Assembly (NCBI GenBank): GCA_964016885.1
Contig: OZ024740.1
Location: 382,602,001 to 382,666,000, forward strand
Reading direction: 5' to 3'
DNA: 64,000 nt
From: Eledone cirrhosa
Lineage: Eukaryota
The position numbers and the translations under genes are program-made. Positions 41,982-54,889 of the stretch are shown here, in pieces. Below the pieces are notes generated by a model. The model did not search any database. It had not been told where the DNA came from and worked only from the letters and a program-made list of their open reading frames with translations. Numbering within the stretch: position 1 is the first letter of the stretch; every line of letters starts with the position of its first letter.

Positions 41982-44900
41982 TATTATGTTCCTCGTGTTG
42001 TATTGTATATCTACGCCATCTTTATTTAATCTGTTTATTTATTTATTTATTTATTTATATTTCTCTTAGGTCAGTATTGTTTGTTTGGGTGTTGTGATTC
42101 CATTCATTTTTTCTGTTTAGCTTTGGCTTTCTAAGTTCTATTTCATTGCCTCTCTGATTTGCCTATCTGCTGGGTCATTTCTATGTTTAGATATTACTTT
42201 TATGTCTATGTTGTCTATGTTACCGTCATGTTGTTATATGGCGTGTTCGTATAGTAATGGACCGTTTTTTCGTCCTTTTAGTTCCTCCCCAGTGTGGGTC
42301 TATCCTTTCACCCATGCTACGAGCTGTCTCGCCTATGTATGTTGTTGTCATGTTTCTGCAAGTACCCGCTGTACATCTTATGCTATAGACTACGTTTCTA
42401 GTTTTACAGTTTATCCGGGGGTTTAATAATTTACATAAAATACATTTCCCATTAGTGCAGTGGGTTTTCTTAAAAGGGTATGTTTTCCTGATCAGGGAAT
42501 TTATGGTAGTTCCTGGCTTTTCTACCACCTTAATCTTTAAGTGGGTCTTTCTCGTGGCCTTTCTACACTGATTAGTTAATTTCCCTCCAGGGGATGAAGA
42601 AGAAAAAACTAGAAGAAAGGAAAATAGAAAATTCACAAAAATACACAGATAACATCAACAATATCCGTATGACAGACGTAGCATTACCGGCAGAATTTAC
42701 CGAAAACCCTACAATAAATTTTTATGAGAACACTTTAATCAATGAGCAAGAACAACAGGTTCTATAGTTCCCACCGAAATTTGCTCTCTACAAGAAGATA
42801 AATCCAATCGAGTGTAAAACGGAGCTGGAAAGTGTTTCACAAAAATACGTTGGGAAGCGAAAATAAACAACAACAACTATACGGACAATAACTCCGAGTA
42901 TAGAAATAACAGCTATAGTAGTAATAGTCATAACAATGACAATAGCAGGAGAGGGAGAAATAGTAGTAATAATAATAGTGGTAGTAATATTAACGATAGA
43001 GAGAACAACAACAACAACCACAATAATAATAATATAAAAGTTAACGACAGACACAACAATAACAACAACCACAGTAGTAATAATGGAAATAATACGAGTA
43101 ACAACAACAACAGCCACAGTAGTAATAATGGAAATAATACGTGTAGCAACATTAATGATAGACACAACAACAACAAAAACAAGTAACATAATAATAAAAG
43201 TAACAACCACAATGACAGAAATAACAGTAACAACAACTATAACAATAGAGAAAACAACAACAATACATCTAACAATCATAACAACAATACATCTAGCAAT
43301 CATAACAATAATAATAATGTGAACGGTAGGAACAACAACAACCATAATAACAATAATAGCAACGCACTCAACTATGACAATAGACATAATGACAACCCCT
43401 TAGAGAAACTATTCTTCAATCCAGCTGACAAATCATATCAGATGAGTAATATTTATCCTACGAGGTTACCCTTTAATAAAAGGGTTTGTATACCACGACA
43501 AATAGATGACGAGACAGAGGCACAGTTCACCATAGCTAGAAATAAGATTAGACAAATAGTAGACCGATATACTAAGAGACAAAGCAGATCAGATGTTCAA
43601 CAACTTGGAAGGAAACCTGTAGAAGGCTCGGTTAGCCCCAAGCAGCGCACAAGGGATGGTGAGTTAGTATGTCTACCCACGGATAAGTCTGGTAGGATGT
43701 CAATAAGCAGCAAACTGCATCAAGGCTATGCAACCCCACATCACCAACACGAGCGAAATTACACAGCAAATATATGAGGGGAGAGAAAATATCCTCAACG
43801 CTCTCATGATGATGTGGACCGACATCCTAAAGCCAAGTAGACGAAATGCCAACAACTTCCAGGCGTCTAACAATGACATACCGACCTTGTATGGGCTCCG
43901 CAAAGACCATAAGACAGTCGACGTCCCGACAACAGGACCACCAACAAGACCTGTATGCGGAGCCAATATTGCTAGCAAAGGAACCTCAGGATCTCCTACT
44001 TCCTCTCAATGGCCCCATAATCAAGATGTCCTCAGATGTATGTGACAGAACAGAGGACCTCCGCGGCACAATCAATGAATGCAGCAAAAACAAAAACATA
44101 TCTAACTGCATAATAGGCAGTATGGACGTGGTATCACTATACCCATCCATTAACATTGATTTTGCTGTGGAAATATGCGTGGAGATGATCAGTGAGAGTG
44201 AGGTGGGGTTCTGCAACGTCGACACAGACGAACTGGGCCTCCTAGTTAGACACTGACTACCTAGACAGCCATGACCTTAGCCGTTTCTGCCCCAGTAGAC
44301 CCATAAGATGTAGACCCCCACCATACCACCATACGGACCCCCAACAACAACGATCAGGTAATAACAGTGGTCCCACATACAATAGAGGCTAGTATTAAAA
44401 CTACCCTAAAGGGCCACATATTCAAATTCAGCGAGAAGATCTACACCCAAAATGAGGGAGCAGCCATTGGCGTCAGCATAGCTGGTGACGTTTTCAACCT
44501 GTTTATGGTATACTGAGAAAGGAGACTGAAAGATCTCCTTGATGAGAGCTCCATAGACCTCATCATGTTAATAAGCACACCCCCACAAGAGAGTACTAAC
44601 AAGTATTATTTAGAATGTAGCTCAATCGAAATCATCATGCAGATAGCTAATTCGATACCAGAGTATACTGCAACTATCGACTACCCTTCCAAACACCATA
44701 ACAGTAGACTACCTGTATTAGACATGGAACTCTGGATTAACACTATAGACGAGAGGGCCCACATTCTCCACTCACACTACACTAAACACATGGCCTCCAA
44801 ATACCTGATACACAAAAACTCAGCAGTGTCCAGTAGTGCTAACTTTAATATTCTGATCGCAGACTTGGTAAGAGTGATGAAGCACGTGTCCCGCATGTGC

Positions 44901-45861
44901 GACCCAACAGAAATGGTAAGACATATCCAACACTTCATTAACCGCATGCAGATCTCTGGCTACAACCAAAGAGACAGAATCAGAGTATACGAAGGAGCCA
45001 CAGAGAAGTATAAGACGCTCATAGAACTGAACATGAAAGGAGTGTGCCCATTATACAGGAGCAAATCATGGAATAGCTTAGATAGGACTAAACATAAGAT
45101 AGGGAAAGCCACCTCATGGTACGACAACCAGAGATATCAAAGTGTCATGTTCGTGGACGCTACTCCTGGAGGGAAATTAGCTAACCAGTGTAAAAAGACC
45201 CCGAGAAAGACCAACTTAAAGATTAAGGTAGTAGAAAAGCCAGGAACTACCATAAAATCCCTACTCAGCAAAATATACTCTTTTAAGAAAACCCACTGTA
45301 CTAATAGGAAATGTATTACATGTAAAGTAAACCCCCGGATAAACTGTAAAGCTAGAAACGTAGTCTGCAGCATAAGATGTAGAGAGGGTACCTGCCTAAA
45401 CATGACAACAAAATACATAGGTGAGACAGCTCGTAGCATAGGTGAAAGAATAGACCCACACTGGGGGGGAACTAAAGGGACGAAAACACGGTTCAGTAAT
45501 ATACGAACACGCTAGACAACAACATGACGGTAACATAGATAACATAGAAATTAAAATGATATCTAAACATAGAAATGACCCACCGGATAGGCAAAGCAGA
45601 GAGGCAAGTAAAATAGAACTTAGAAGGCCAAAGCTAAACAGAAAAATAGGAATGGAATGACAACGCCCAAACAAACAATACTGACCTAAGAGAAATATAA
45701 ATAAATAAATATATACACAAGGACAATAACAACAAACACATATAAACACGCACTTGTAAACTAAGATAGAATACAATAACCAAAACACAGTCACCCAAAC
45801 GTGAACACACACCAAACACTATACACACACGCAAACGCATGCGCAGAGAAGAAGCCAAAAA

Positions 45862-45896
<35 letters not shown>

Positions 45897-45954
45897 ATAT
45901 ACAGATTAAATAAACATGGCTCAGATATACAATACAACAGGAGGAACATAATAA

Positions 45955-46007
45955 TAGCACCACTGACGATGTTGCAGACGTGCAACAAAAGAACTTTGTG
46001 AGACTAT
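45955..46007 (+). ncRNA. Hammerhead in Naiad-type pLTR, G12A mutant
   Basis: CTGACGA-T-GTTGCAGACGTGCAAC-AAAA. GAAA has changed to AAAA, so probably inactive. Confidence 0.5.
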
Positions 46008-46211
46008 ATATATGTGTTTGCGTCTATATTATATCTGTATTATTTGACTGTTGGTCAGTCAACGGTAAACATTGAGGACCGAATAAATTAACTGATACAA
46101 AAGATAGAGTAGCGAAAACCATCCAAACACTGAGTGTGTTCTGTTATTAATTCTGGCAATATTATTACAATAATATGACCCTCCCCAAGTATAACAATAT
46201 ATATATATATA

Positions 46212-46846
46212 TATTATTCAAAATATTAATAACTGAAGACACTAACATAATCAAAATATGTTTTATTATATATATTTCGAAGGTACTGTGCTGTTTTTCA
46301 ATACTTCCTCGTTGTTTACATTCTTCGTATATTTGTATATTTAACATGATTTATCCAGTTTAATAATATACGAAAAATCCTTAAAGGGAAACTACATATA
46401 TTAAGATGTAATTACAGAAGTAAAATCGAAATAATAATACTTTTACGAGTAAATGTAACTACTTAATAATCATGTAAGTAAATGACAACTAATGAATTGA
46501 ACTGTTTTTATAATTAAAATAGAATAATTCAGATAATAATTCTTAACATATTAAATGCATATACTGATGGTGATATGCGCATAAGTTGTAGTAAATACGC
46601 TTATACGTATTTAATATGTATTTAAACTTGCTTTATAGATAAAAATGCTTTTGAATTTTCTAACAAAATATTTAGTAAATATATTAATTACACTATGCTT
46701 CTGATTATTATAGAAAATATTTTTATATAATATATAAGTATACTTAGCTTAAACATAACCAAATACAAAAGATATTAAAACAATTTCATGGTATTTAATT
46801 GGCCGCTCCTATTTGAGAACAACGGTCACGCATCATGTCTCATTCT

Positions 46847-46910
<64 letters not shown>

Positions 46911-46942
46911 TCCTTTTTGCAGTTACGTATTTCTTCTTCTCC

Positions 46943-46995
<53 letters not shown>

Positions 46996-47420
46996 TCTCC
47001 CTTCTCTTCTTTCTTCTCTTCTATCTATCTCTCTCTCTCTATTTTTCTTCCCCATCACGTTTATTTACGCATTTAAATATTTATGTATGTATATGTTTAT
47101 TTATTTCGTCTTGCATTTTCTCATACTCACCCCCTCCTTATACTTATATCTCGCTCCACATCCACTTCTTCATCATATTTACGTATATCATTTTATTATT
47201 TGTGGTATCTAAATGTTGAGATTTGTTGTAATAAACCACTGCCAATACTGGAATTGAACCATCAAGACAGTTGAGGTATGTCATACATCAATTCATGCAT
47301 TTTATCTGACGAGGACGTAATGAAAAAACACCACATTACCTTCGAAATATATATAATAAAACATATATTTTGATTATGTGAATGTCTTCATGTATTAATA
47401 TTTTGAATAATATTAATTAA
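46212..47420 (+). mobile_element. Non-coding PLE-derived element with partial inverted pLTR
   Basis: 46212-46312 is a diverged reverse complement of 47309-47415. The right copy carries a full HHR. Confidence 0.65.
47300..47361 (+). ncRNA. Type I hammerhead ribozyme
   Basis: TTTTAT-CTGACGA-GGACGTAATG..CATTACCTTC-GAAA-TATATA-TA-ATAAAA. Confidence 0.85.
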
Positions 47421-47544
47421 TATTTTGAATAATATTAATAACTCAAGAAAACTTCATTATAGATTGTTTTTAATCTATTGTAAAACTATATTCATTGAGT
47501 AATCAATGAACTATATTAATCTTTGGTCATATATATATATATCT

Positions 47545-48580
47545 AGGGCAAGTAAAATTCCCGAGATCCATGGACGGGTTCTCTCCAGCGGTCTCTGTCC
47601 CTCATTATCGCTGCCATGTCCTGCGTCTCCAACAGACCAGTGTCTGTCCTTAGGGCATCAACATACGTTAACCTTGGTCTACCACTTCCAGTGTGTCCAT
47701 GTAGGAGCTCTCACAGGAGCAATGTCAACTCTGGATGTCGGTGAGCATGTCCAGCTAACCTCAATCTCCTCTGTGTCACTTTTGAGCTGACTTTTGGGAG
47801 GCTCCATTACAGTTCTGAGTTTTTCATCCTCAGTGTATACTGATTAATGTTCAGAGCCATCCTCAGCATGCTCGCGTAGCACCCATCCACCATCTGAGTG
47901 AGTTTCTTGGTCAGTGTCCAAGTCTATGACCCGTACAGCAGCACAGACTCCACTACGGCAGTGAAGAGGCGGACCTTCAGGTCTTCACGAAGGTCCGACT
48001 TCCACACCGATCTCAAGCTGTGGCACGCCGCCCACGCTTTGCTCTTCCTCTCAACCACATCATCTTCCGTATTCCCAATCTTTGCTCCCAAATACAGGAA
48101 GTCCTCAACTAATTCTAGTGGCTTCCCGCCTACATTAGTGATCCACTCTGGCCTCTCAATATTCTCTACCAGATATTTTGTTGAAGATCTTACAGGCTTA
48201 TGGAATACCCAAGAAGATAGTGGACCTAATATCACTGCTCTACACCAACACCAAAGCCCAAGTCATTACACCTGATGGGATGACAGAGTTCTTTGAGATA
48301 CTGGCTGGAGTGCTCCAGGGAGATACATTGGCTCCCTACCTTTTTATCATCGTAGTGGACTATTATATGCGCCTTGCACTGGAGAAACACCATGACTCTG
48401 GCTTTACTGTAGCACCGGCTCAGAGCAGGAGAATTAAGGCGAAAAAGATATCAGATGCTGAATTTGCCGACGACATAGTTTGGGTGACAAATACAGTGAA
48501 GGAGCAGAGGATTTGTTGCAGGAGATTGAGACTGTTTCGATGAGTGTGGGGCTGAGAATGAATGAGATTAAAACAAACAA
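47545..48580 (-). mobile_element. RTE LINE with 5' inversion
   Basis: 47545-48178 minus reads KYLVENIERP..VEDFLYLGA..VESVLLYGS through the 3' end. 48178-48575 plus reads MLKILQAYGIP..GVLQGDTLAPYLF..FADD..VGLRMNEIKT. Confidence 0.88.
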
Positions 48581-48602
48581 ACAATATATATATATATATA
48601 TA

Positions 48603-49467
48603 TATATCATAAAACATGTCTAGAGAATCACCAGATAAAATATATACTGTTTCCTCCCCCAATTAGCATAATTAACCATATACAAAATCAATTAGATCAA
48701 GCTATAAGAATAAAGGCTCCTATGAAGAAATCTCCGACAAATAACCGAAAGCAGCCACTTCGCGGTGGTTACGACGGAATATGTATCGAATATTTCGACA
48801 GCATGTATAGATCGACCAGATATACAGTCAACTAAAGAGAATTAGGTGTAAAATAAACTAGAAGAAAAGCGTAGTTATTTAATGACCTCTACCATGGTTT
48901 CGTCCGCATTTTAAGACATCCGATAACATAGGGTATCTAGAGCTTCGGATTCTTCAGGAGTTAGCTCAAATTTAGACAATTAATTTTCCAAAGTGATCGC
49001 GCCCATCACATCCTTTCTAACTTGACCGCTGCCACGATTCTTAGCCATTTTTTAATGTATTCTTGGCGCGATCACTTTGGAAAATTAATTGTCTAAATTT
49101 GACCTAACTCCTGGAGAATCCTAAGCTCTAGATATCCTATGTTATCGGATGTCTTAAAATGCGGACGAAACCATGGTAGAGGTAATTAAATATGTACACT
49201 TTTCTTCTAGTTTATTTTACACTTAATTATGTTTAGTTGACTGTGTATCTGGTCGATCTATACATACTGTCGAAATATTCGATACATATTCCGTCGTAAC
49301 CGTCGAGAAGTGACTGCTTTCGGTTATTTGTCGGAGATTTCTTCATAGGAGCCTTTATTCTTATAGCTTGATCTAATTGATTTTTTATATGGTTAATTAT
49401 GCTAATTGGGAAAGGAAACGGTATATATTTTATTTGGTGATTCTATAGACATGTTTTATGATATATA
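48603..49467. repeat. Fold-back element: inverted arms of about 400 bp (48603-49003 / 49065-49467), each with an HHR
   Basis: Arms are near-identical reverse complements with a 61-bp spacer and TA flanks. Confidence 0.9.
48887..48960 (-). ncRNA. Type I hammerhead ribozyme
   Basis: CTC-CTGAAGA-ATCCG...CGGAC-GAAA-CCATGG-TA-GAG, with palindromic ACCATGGT. The mirror copy at 49108-49181 (+) has CTGGAGA. Confidence 0.7.
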
Positions 49468-49562
49468 GTTCTGATTATTTAATTTATTAATTTTTCATTG
49501 AGCCACAGAGTGACCCGTTGCAAAACACATATATATCTATATCTTTATATATATATGTAAAC

Positions 49563-49642
<80 letters not shown>

Positions 49643-49815
49643 AATTTAGTATATCTACCAACATATGTGTACAGGTGTACACTAATGCTAGCAAATACAT
49701 AAGTTATGTCATAGTACCTAGGTGGTTCAATGCAGGAGGATGCAGAACAATAATATGAAAGACGTAAAATGAGAAAATTAAAAAAAAAATTAAAAATTAA
49801 CTTACTAAAATTTTC

Positions 49816-49897
49816 ACTCCAACTAATTAGTTTCTGTAATGGGATAAAGATAGTTACGTAATATAACCATCGAGAATTCATTACGTCATCAGGGAGT
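49816..49897 (-). ncRNA. Type I hammerhead, long helix II
   Basis: ACTCC-CTGATGA-CGTAATG...CATTACA-GAAA-CTAATTAG-TT-GGAGT. Confidence 0.75.
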
Positions 49898-50355
49898 CTA
49901 TTATCAGCTAAGTCTCCAGGCAATGCGCGGACACTGGGGACTCATATAAAAATAATAATAATTCGGTGGATGGAACAGCTAGTGGGGACTAGATTCCATT
50001 CACTGAAAAAGTTCGGTGTCTCTGGTCAAATGGCAGATTCTAAAGAATCAATCACGTGACACTGAGGCTAGTCGGAAGGAGTGGGTTGGTAAGATGACAA
50101 AAGCCTACTACCACACCAATGAATTAGTAATAGATTTGGCAGGTTTGCTCAACAAATAAATAATTTAGAGATAAATATAGAGAATTTAGTATATCTACCA
50201 AAATATGTGTACAGATGTACACTAATGCTAGCAAATACATAAGTTATGTCATAGTACCTAGGTGGTTCAATGCAGGAGGATGCAGAACAATAATATGAAA
50301 GACGTAAAATAAGAAAATGTTTAAAAAAATTAAAAATTAACTTACTTACTAATAG

Positions 50356-50437
50356 ACTCCCTGATGACGTAATGAATTCTCGATGGTTATATTACGTAAC
50401 TATCTTTATCCCATTACCGAAACTAATTAGTTGGAGT
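50356..50437 (+). ncRNA. Type I hammerhead, long helix II (inverted copy)
   Basis: ACTCC-CTGATGA-CGTAATG...CATTACC-GAAA-CTAATTAG-TT-GGAGT. Confidence 0.75.
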
Positions 50438-50754
50438 GGAAATTTTAGTAAGTTAATTTTTAATTTTTAAAAAAATTTTCTTATTTTACGTCTTTCATAC
50501 ATATATATGTATATATATATATATAAAAGAAAATTAGAGTTAATAACTCCAATTGAAACCCTGTAATTATTAAGCTTCAAGTATAAAATACTGAGCCGTA
50601 TAATAATAATATATATGCAGTAAGAAACACAGTAGACCGTGTGTCTAATATTACAAGGTTTGAACAACCACATTTGTTTGAAATATTTAACCATGAAGCA
50701 GACAGAATGATAAAATAAAATTATATTATACAAACCGCCTCAATAACAATTATA

Positions 50755-50835
50755 TCTCTCGGACAGATTATCCCTAATCTGTTTCGCCCTGAGTGTGTTT
50801 GCAACAGATAATCCATGGGCATCATCAGCGAGAGA
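50755..50835 (-). ncRNA. Type I hammerhead ribozyme with full helix III
   Basis: TCTCTCG-CTGATGA-T-GCCC...GGGC-GAAA-CAGATTA GGGA TAATCTG-TC-CGAGAGA. All three helices pair, GUC site. Confidence 0.92.
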
Positions 50836-50929
50836 ATCTGATTAAATGCGACAAATACTATGTACCAACGTTCACACAGCGTAAAATATGCTCCAAGATT
50901 TTAATGAGTAGATCCGAGCATTTTATATC

Positions 50930-51616
50930 AACTAGAAATTGATTGACATATAAATAGACATATGAAACAATTACAGGCGATAATTTGTAAAAGTGTGTAA
51001 GCACACATAGCTAGGTAGATAACTAAATAAATTTAACTAGAACTTCAAAAATAGATACCTTATAATTTGATTAATCTTCCTCGTATATATTCCATTAAAG
51101 AAATATATTTCACCCATTAATCGATTGGTAAACGACAGAAGCTAGATCCTGGATTATCAACAAGGAAGAGGTCCAAACATCTGTATTTACGCATCAAGTT
51201 CAAATCAGCGTGTTGTATCCACTAAAATCATCAGTAACACGTGCTGTATCCACTAAAAATACACACATCATACCAGCTTCGTCCCAGTGGCGTGAATAGG
51301 GTTATCGGCAACTAGAAACAGCAGTCAAGTCCTTTCAACAGAGTTAGCTCTACAATTAATGGGCCGTATTTATATATATCCACAATTAAGATAAATTGAA
51401 TTAAATTAAATTAAATCAAATTAAATTGTTGAAATTGGTGAAATATATTTCTTTAATGGTATATATACGAAGAAGATTAATCAAATTATAAGGTATCTAT
51501 TTTCGAAGTTCTAGTTGAACTTTATTTAGTTAGCTACCTAGCTATGTGTCCTTATACACTTTTATAAATTATCCCCCGTTTGATATGTCTATTTATATGT
51601 CAATCAATTTCTAGTT
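50930..51616. repeat. Inverted repeat element, arms of about 185 bp (50930-51114 / 51437-51616)
   Basis: AACTAGAAATTGATTGACATATAAATAGAC... and its reverse complement. Family unclear (MITE or inverted pLTR). Confidence 0.8.
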
Positions 51617-51773
51617 CATATATATATTTCAAGTATATGTTGGTTGTATACCAACACCCTAGTATGCAGATTGGCGCACTCGACGAGTGCGCAGATAAGT
51701 TTGGTTATACCGGAGTAATGTAAAATAAAATAAAATATATAAGTCAAATGTTTAAAATTTGGCTTCTTTTATT

Positions 51774-51828
51774 ACTGCTATATATGTTTCGGTGACAGCC
51801 ATCTTTGGCTGTGACCTCTTCAGGCAGT
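51774..51828 (-). ncRNA. Type I hammerhead ribozyme
   Basis: ACTGC-CTGAAGA-GGTCACAGCC AAAGAT GGCTGTCACC-GAAA-CATATA-TA-GCAGT, then AATAAA and about 150 nt to TA. Confidence 0.85.
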
Positions 51829-52293
51829 CTGAATTAGTGTGGTAGAGACGAGTACACATGTTGTTGAGGTGTATAACTTTGTCAATATTCTGATATGCAC
51901 AGTTCCTGGTTGGGTTGTTATTTCACTGGGAAACTGGAATCATATGAATTCAAACATACGAATTTCAGTGTCAAAGGGCCTCTTCTCCACTCATTGGTCT
52001 GTTGTTAGAACATTCCTCAGTCAAAAGTCTATAGAAATTCGTTGTGAGGCAAGCCAATCTGTAGTTGTTCTTCTTGTTATTGTTAGGTACATCTGACCTC
52101 TATTCTTGTGTTGGTAGTGGTGTTATTGTTGGGGTCAGCTAAAAAAAAAGTGATAAAGTGGTAGAAGGAATAAGATGGTAAAGGAATAAGATAAAATAAA
52201 ATAATCCAATAAAATATGTGTATATATGTACGTATGTACGTACGTACGTACGTACACACACACACACACATACACACACATACATACATATAT

Positions 52294-52364
<71 letters not shown>

Positions 52365-52473
52365 TGTATGTATGTATGTATGTATGTATGTATGTATGTA
52401 TGTATGTATGTATGTGTGTCTGTGTGTCTATTGTACGTACGTACGAACGTACATACGTACATACATACATACA

Positions 52474-54846
52474 TGGTGGCTGCCAACTCGTTTTCGAGTA
52501 CGGCCACTACTTTATATCCATCTAGGAGAACCTCTACCGATGCGCTAAACAAGTGTGACTTTTTAGTCCAGCCAGCGACTTGATAACTCTGGTACAAACA
52601 CTACACCTGTGACAATCATTGACACATAGTTCTGGGCACATGGCACCATGTGACGACAAGTGCAGAGAGATCTCCAGATATAAAGCAATGCCTGTGCCAT
52701 GAAGATTTTATAGTGAGCAAAGGCACTGCACAAAGCCAGTCTCACTCTCTTAACCAAGATGATATTTACCAAAAAGAAGAACAAGTCAACATCATTGGAT
52801 ACCATCAGGGTTGCAGGTGTTATATCAGAGTTTTCCTTCTCCTAGAATTCTGCCTTGACAAAGGCTAAGGGGTCATCTCTCCCAGATACATACATACATA
52901 CATACATACATACATACATACACTCATATATATACATGGTGGCTGCCAACTCGTTTTCGAGTACGGCCAATACTTTATATCCATCTAGGAGAACCCCTAC
53001 CGATGCGCTGAACGAATATGACTTTTTAGTCCAGCCAGCGACTTGAAAACTCTGGTACAAACACTACACCTGTGACAATTATTGACACGTAGTGCTGGGC
53101 CCATGGTACCATGTAACGACAAGTGCAGAAAGATCTCCAGATATAAAGCAATGCCTGTGCCGTGAAGCCTTTATAGTGAGCAAAGGCACTGCACAAAGCC
53201 AGTCCCACTCCCTTAACCAAGATGATATTTACCAAAAAGAAGAACAAGTCAACATCATTGGATACCATCCGGGTTGCAGGTGTTATATCAGAGTTTTCCT
53301 TCTCCTAGATTTCTGCCTTGACAAAGGCTAAGGGGTCATCTCTCCCGGTGATTTTGGATGGCCATTGACTCTTAAGAGCTCCTTTGCCCTTTGACAGGTT
53401 TTGTTTTTAGTCCTGCAGGATGTCCAAACTCACCCTCCTCACCAAGAAACCTTGGTTGGGTTGCCAGTTTAGTCGCCAACGACCCGACCATGAGACAGGT
53501 TGTACTGGTATACATGTTACCAGTAGCACCAACTGGTAACCTGACACATACATACATACATACATACATACATACATACATACATACATACATACATGGT
53601 GGCTGCCAACTCGTTTTCGAGTACGGCCACTACTTTATATCCATGTAGGAGAACCCCTACCGATGCGCTGAACGAGTGTGACTTTTTAGTCCAGCCAGCG
53701 ACTTGAACATTCTGGTACAAACACTACACTTCTGACAATTACTGACACATAGCTCTGCTCCCAAGGTACCATGTGACGACAAGTGCAGAGAGATCTCCAG
53801 ATATAAAGCAATGCCTGTGCCGTGAAGCTTTTATAGTGAGCAAAGGCACTGCACAAAGCCAGTCCCACTCTCTTAAACAAGATGATATTTAGCAAAAAGA
53901 AGAACAAGTCAACATCATTGGATACCATCCGGGTTGCAGGTGTTATATCAGAGTTTTCCTTCTCCTAGATTTCTGCCTTGACAAAGGCTAAGGGGTCATC
54001 TCTCGCGGTGATTTTGGATGGCCATTGACTCTTAAGAGCTCCTTTGCCCCTTGACAGGTTTTGTTTTTAGTCCTGCAGGATGTCCAAAGTCACCCTCCTC
54101 ACCAAGAAACCTTGGTTGGGTTGCCAGTTTAGTCGCCAACGACCCGACCATGAGACAGGTTGTACTGGTATACATGTTACCAGTAGCACCAACTGGTAAC
54201 CTGACACATACATACATACATACATACATACATACATACATACATACATACATACATACATACATACTTGGTGGCTGCCAACTCGTTTTCGAGTACGGCC
54301 ACTACTTTATATCCATGTAGGAGAACCCCTACCGATGCGCTGAACGAGTGTGACTTTTTAGTCCAGCCAGCGACTTGAACATTCTGGTACAAACACTACA
54401 CTTCTGACAATTACTGACACATAGCTCTGCTCCCATGGTACCATGTGACGACAAGTGCAGAGAGATCTCCAGATATAAAGCAATGCCTGTGCCGTGAAGC
54501 TTTTATAGTGAGCAAAGGCACTGCACAAAGCCAGTCCCACTCTCTTAACCAAGATGATATTTACCAAAAAGAAGAACAAGTCAATATCATTGGATACCAT
54601 CAGGGTTGCAGGTGTTATATCAGAGTTTTCCTTCTCCTAGAATTCTGCCTTGACAAAGGCTAAGGGGTCATCTCTCGCGGTGATTTTGGATGGCCATTGA
54701 CTCTTAAGAGCTCCTTTGCCCTTTGACAGGTTTTGTTTTTAGTCGTGCAGGATGTCCAAACTCACCCTGGATGTCCAAAGTGACATACATACATACATAC
54801 ATACATACATGCATACATACATACATACATACATACATGCATGCAT

Positions 54847-54889
<43 letters not shown>

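Larger units (their letters stand above)
49640..50497 (-). mobile_element. Non-coding pLTR/retrozyme-like unit (about 541-nt period) with partial tandem and inverted copy
   Basis: 49640-49805 is repeated directly at 50181-50345. About 50350-50497 is an inverted copy of about 49755-49900. (TA)n on both sides. Confidence 0.8.

Noticed and set aside
50930-51616. Hammerhead inside the 185-bp inverted arms
   Set aside because: Only GAAGA...TTCGAAG remnants. The core and helix I cannot be built.
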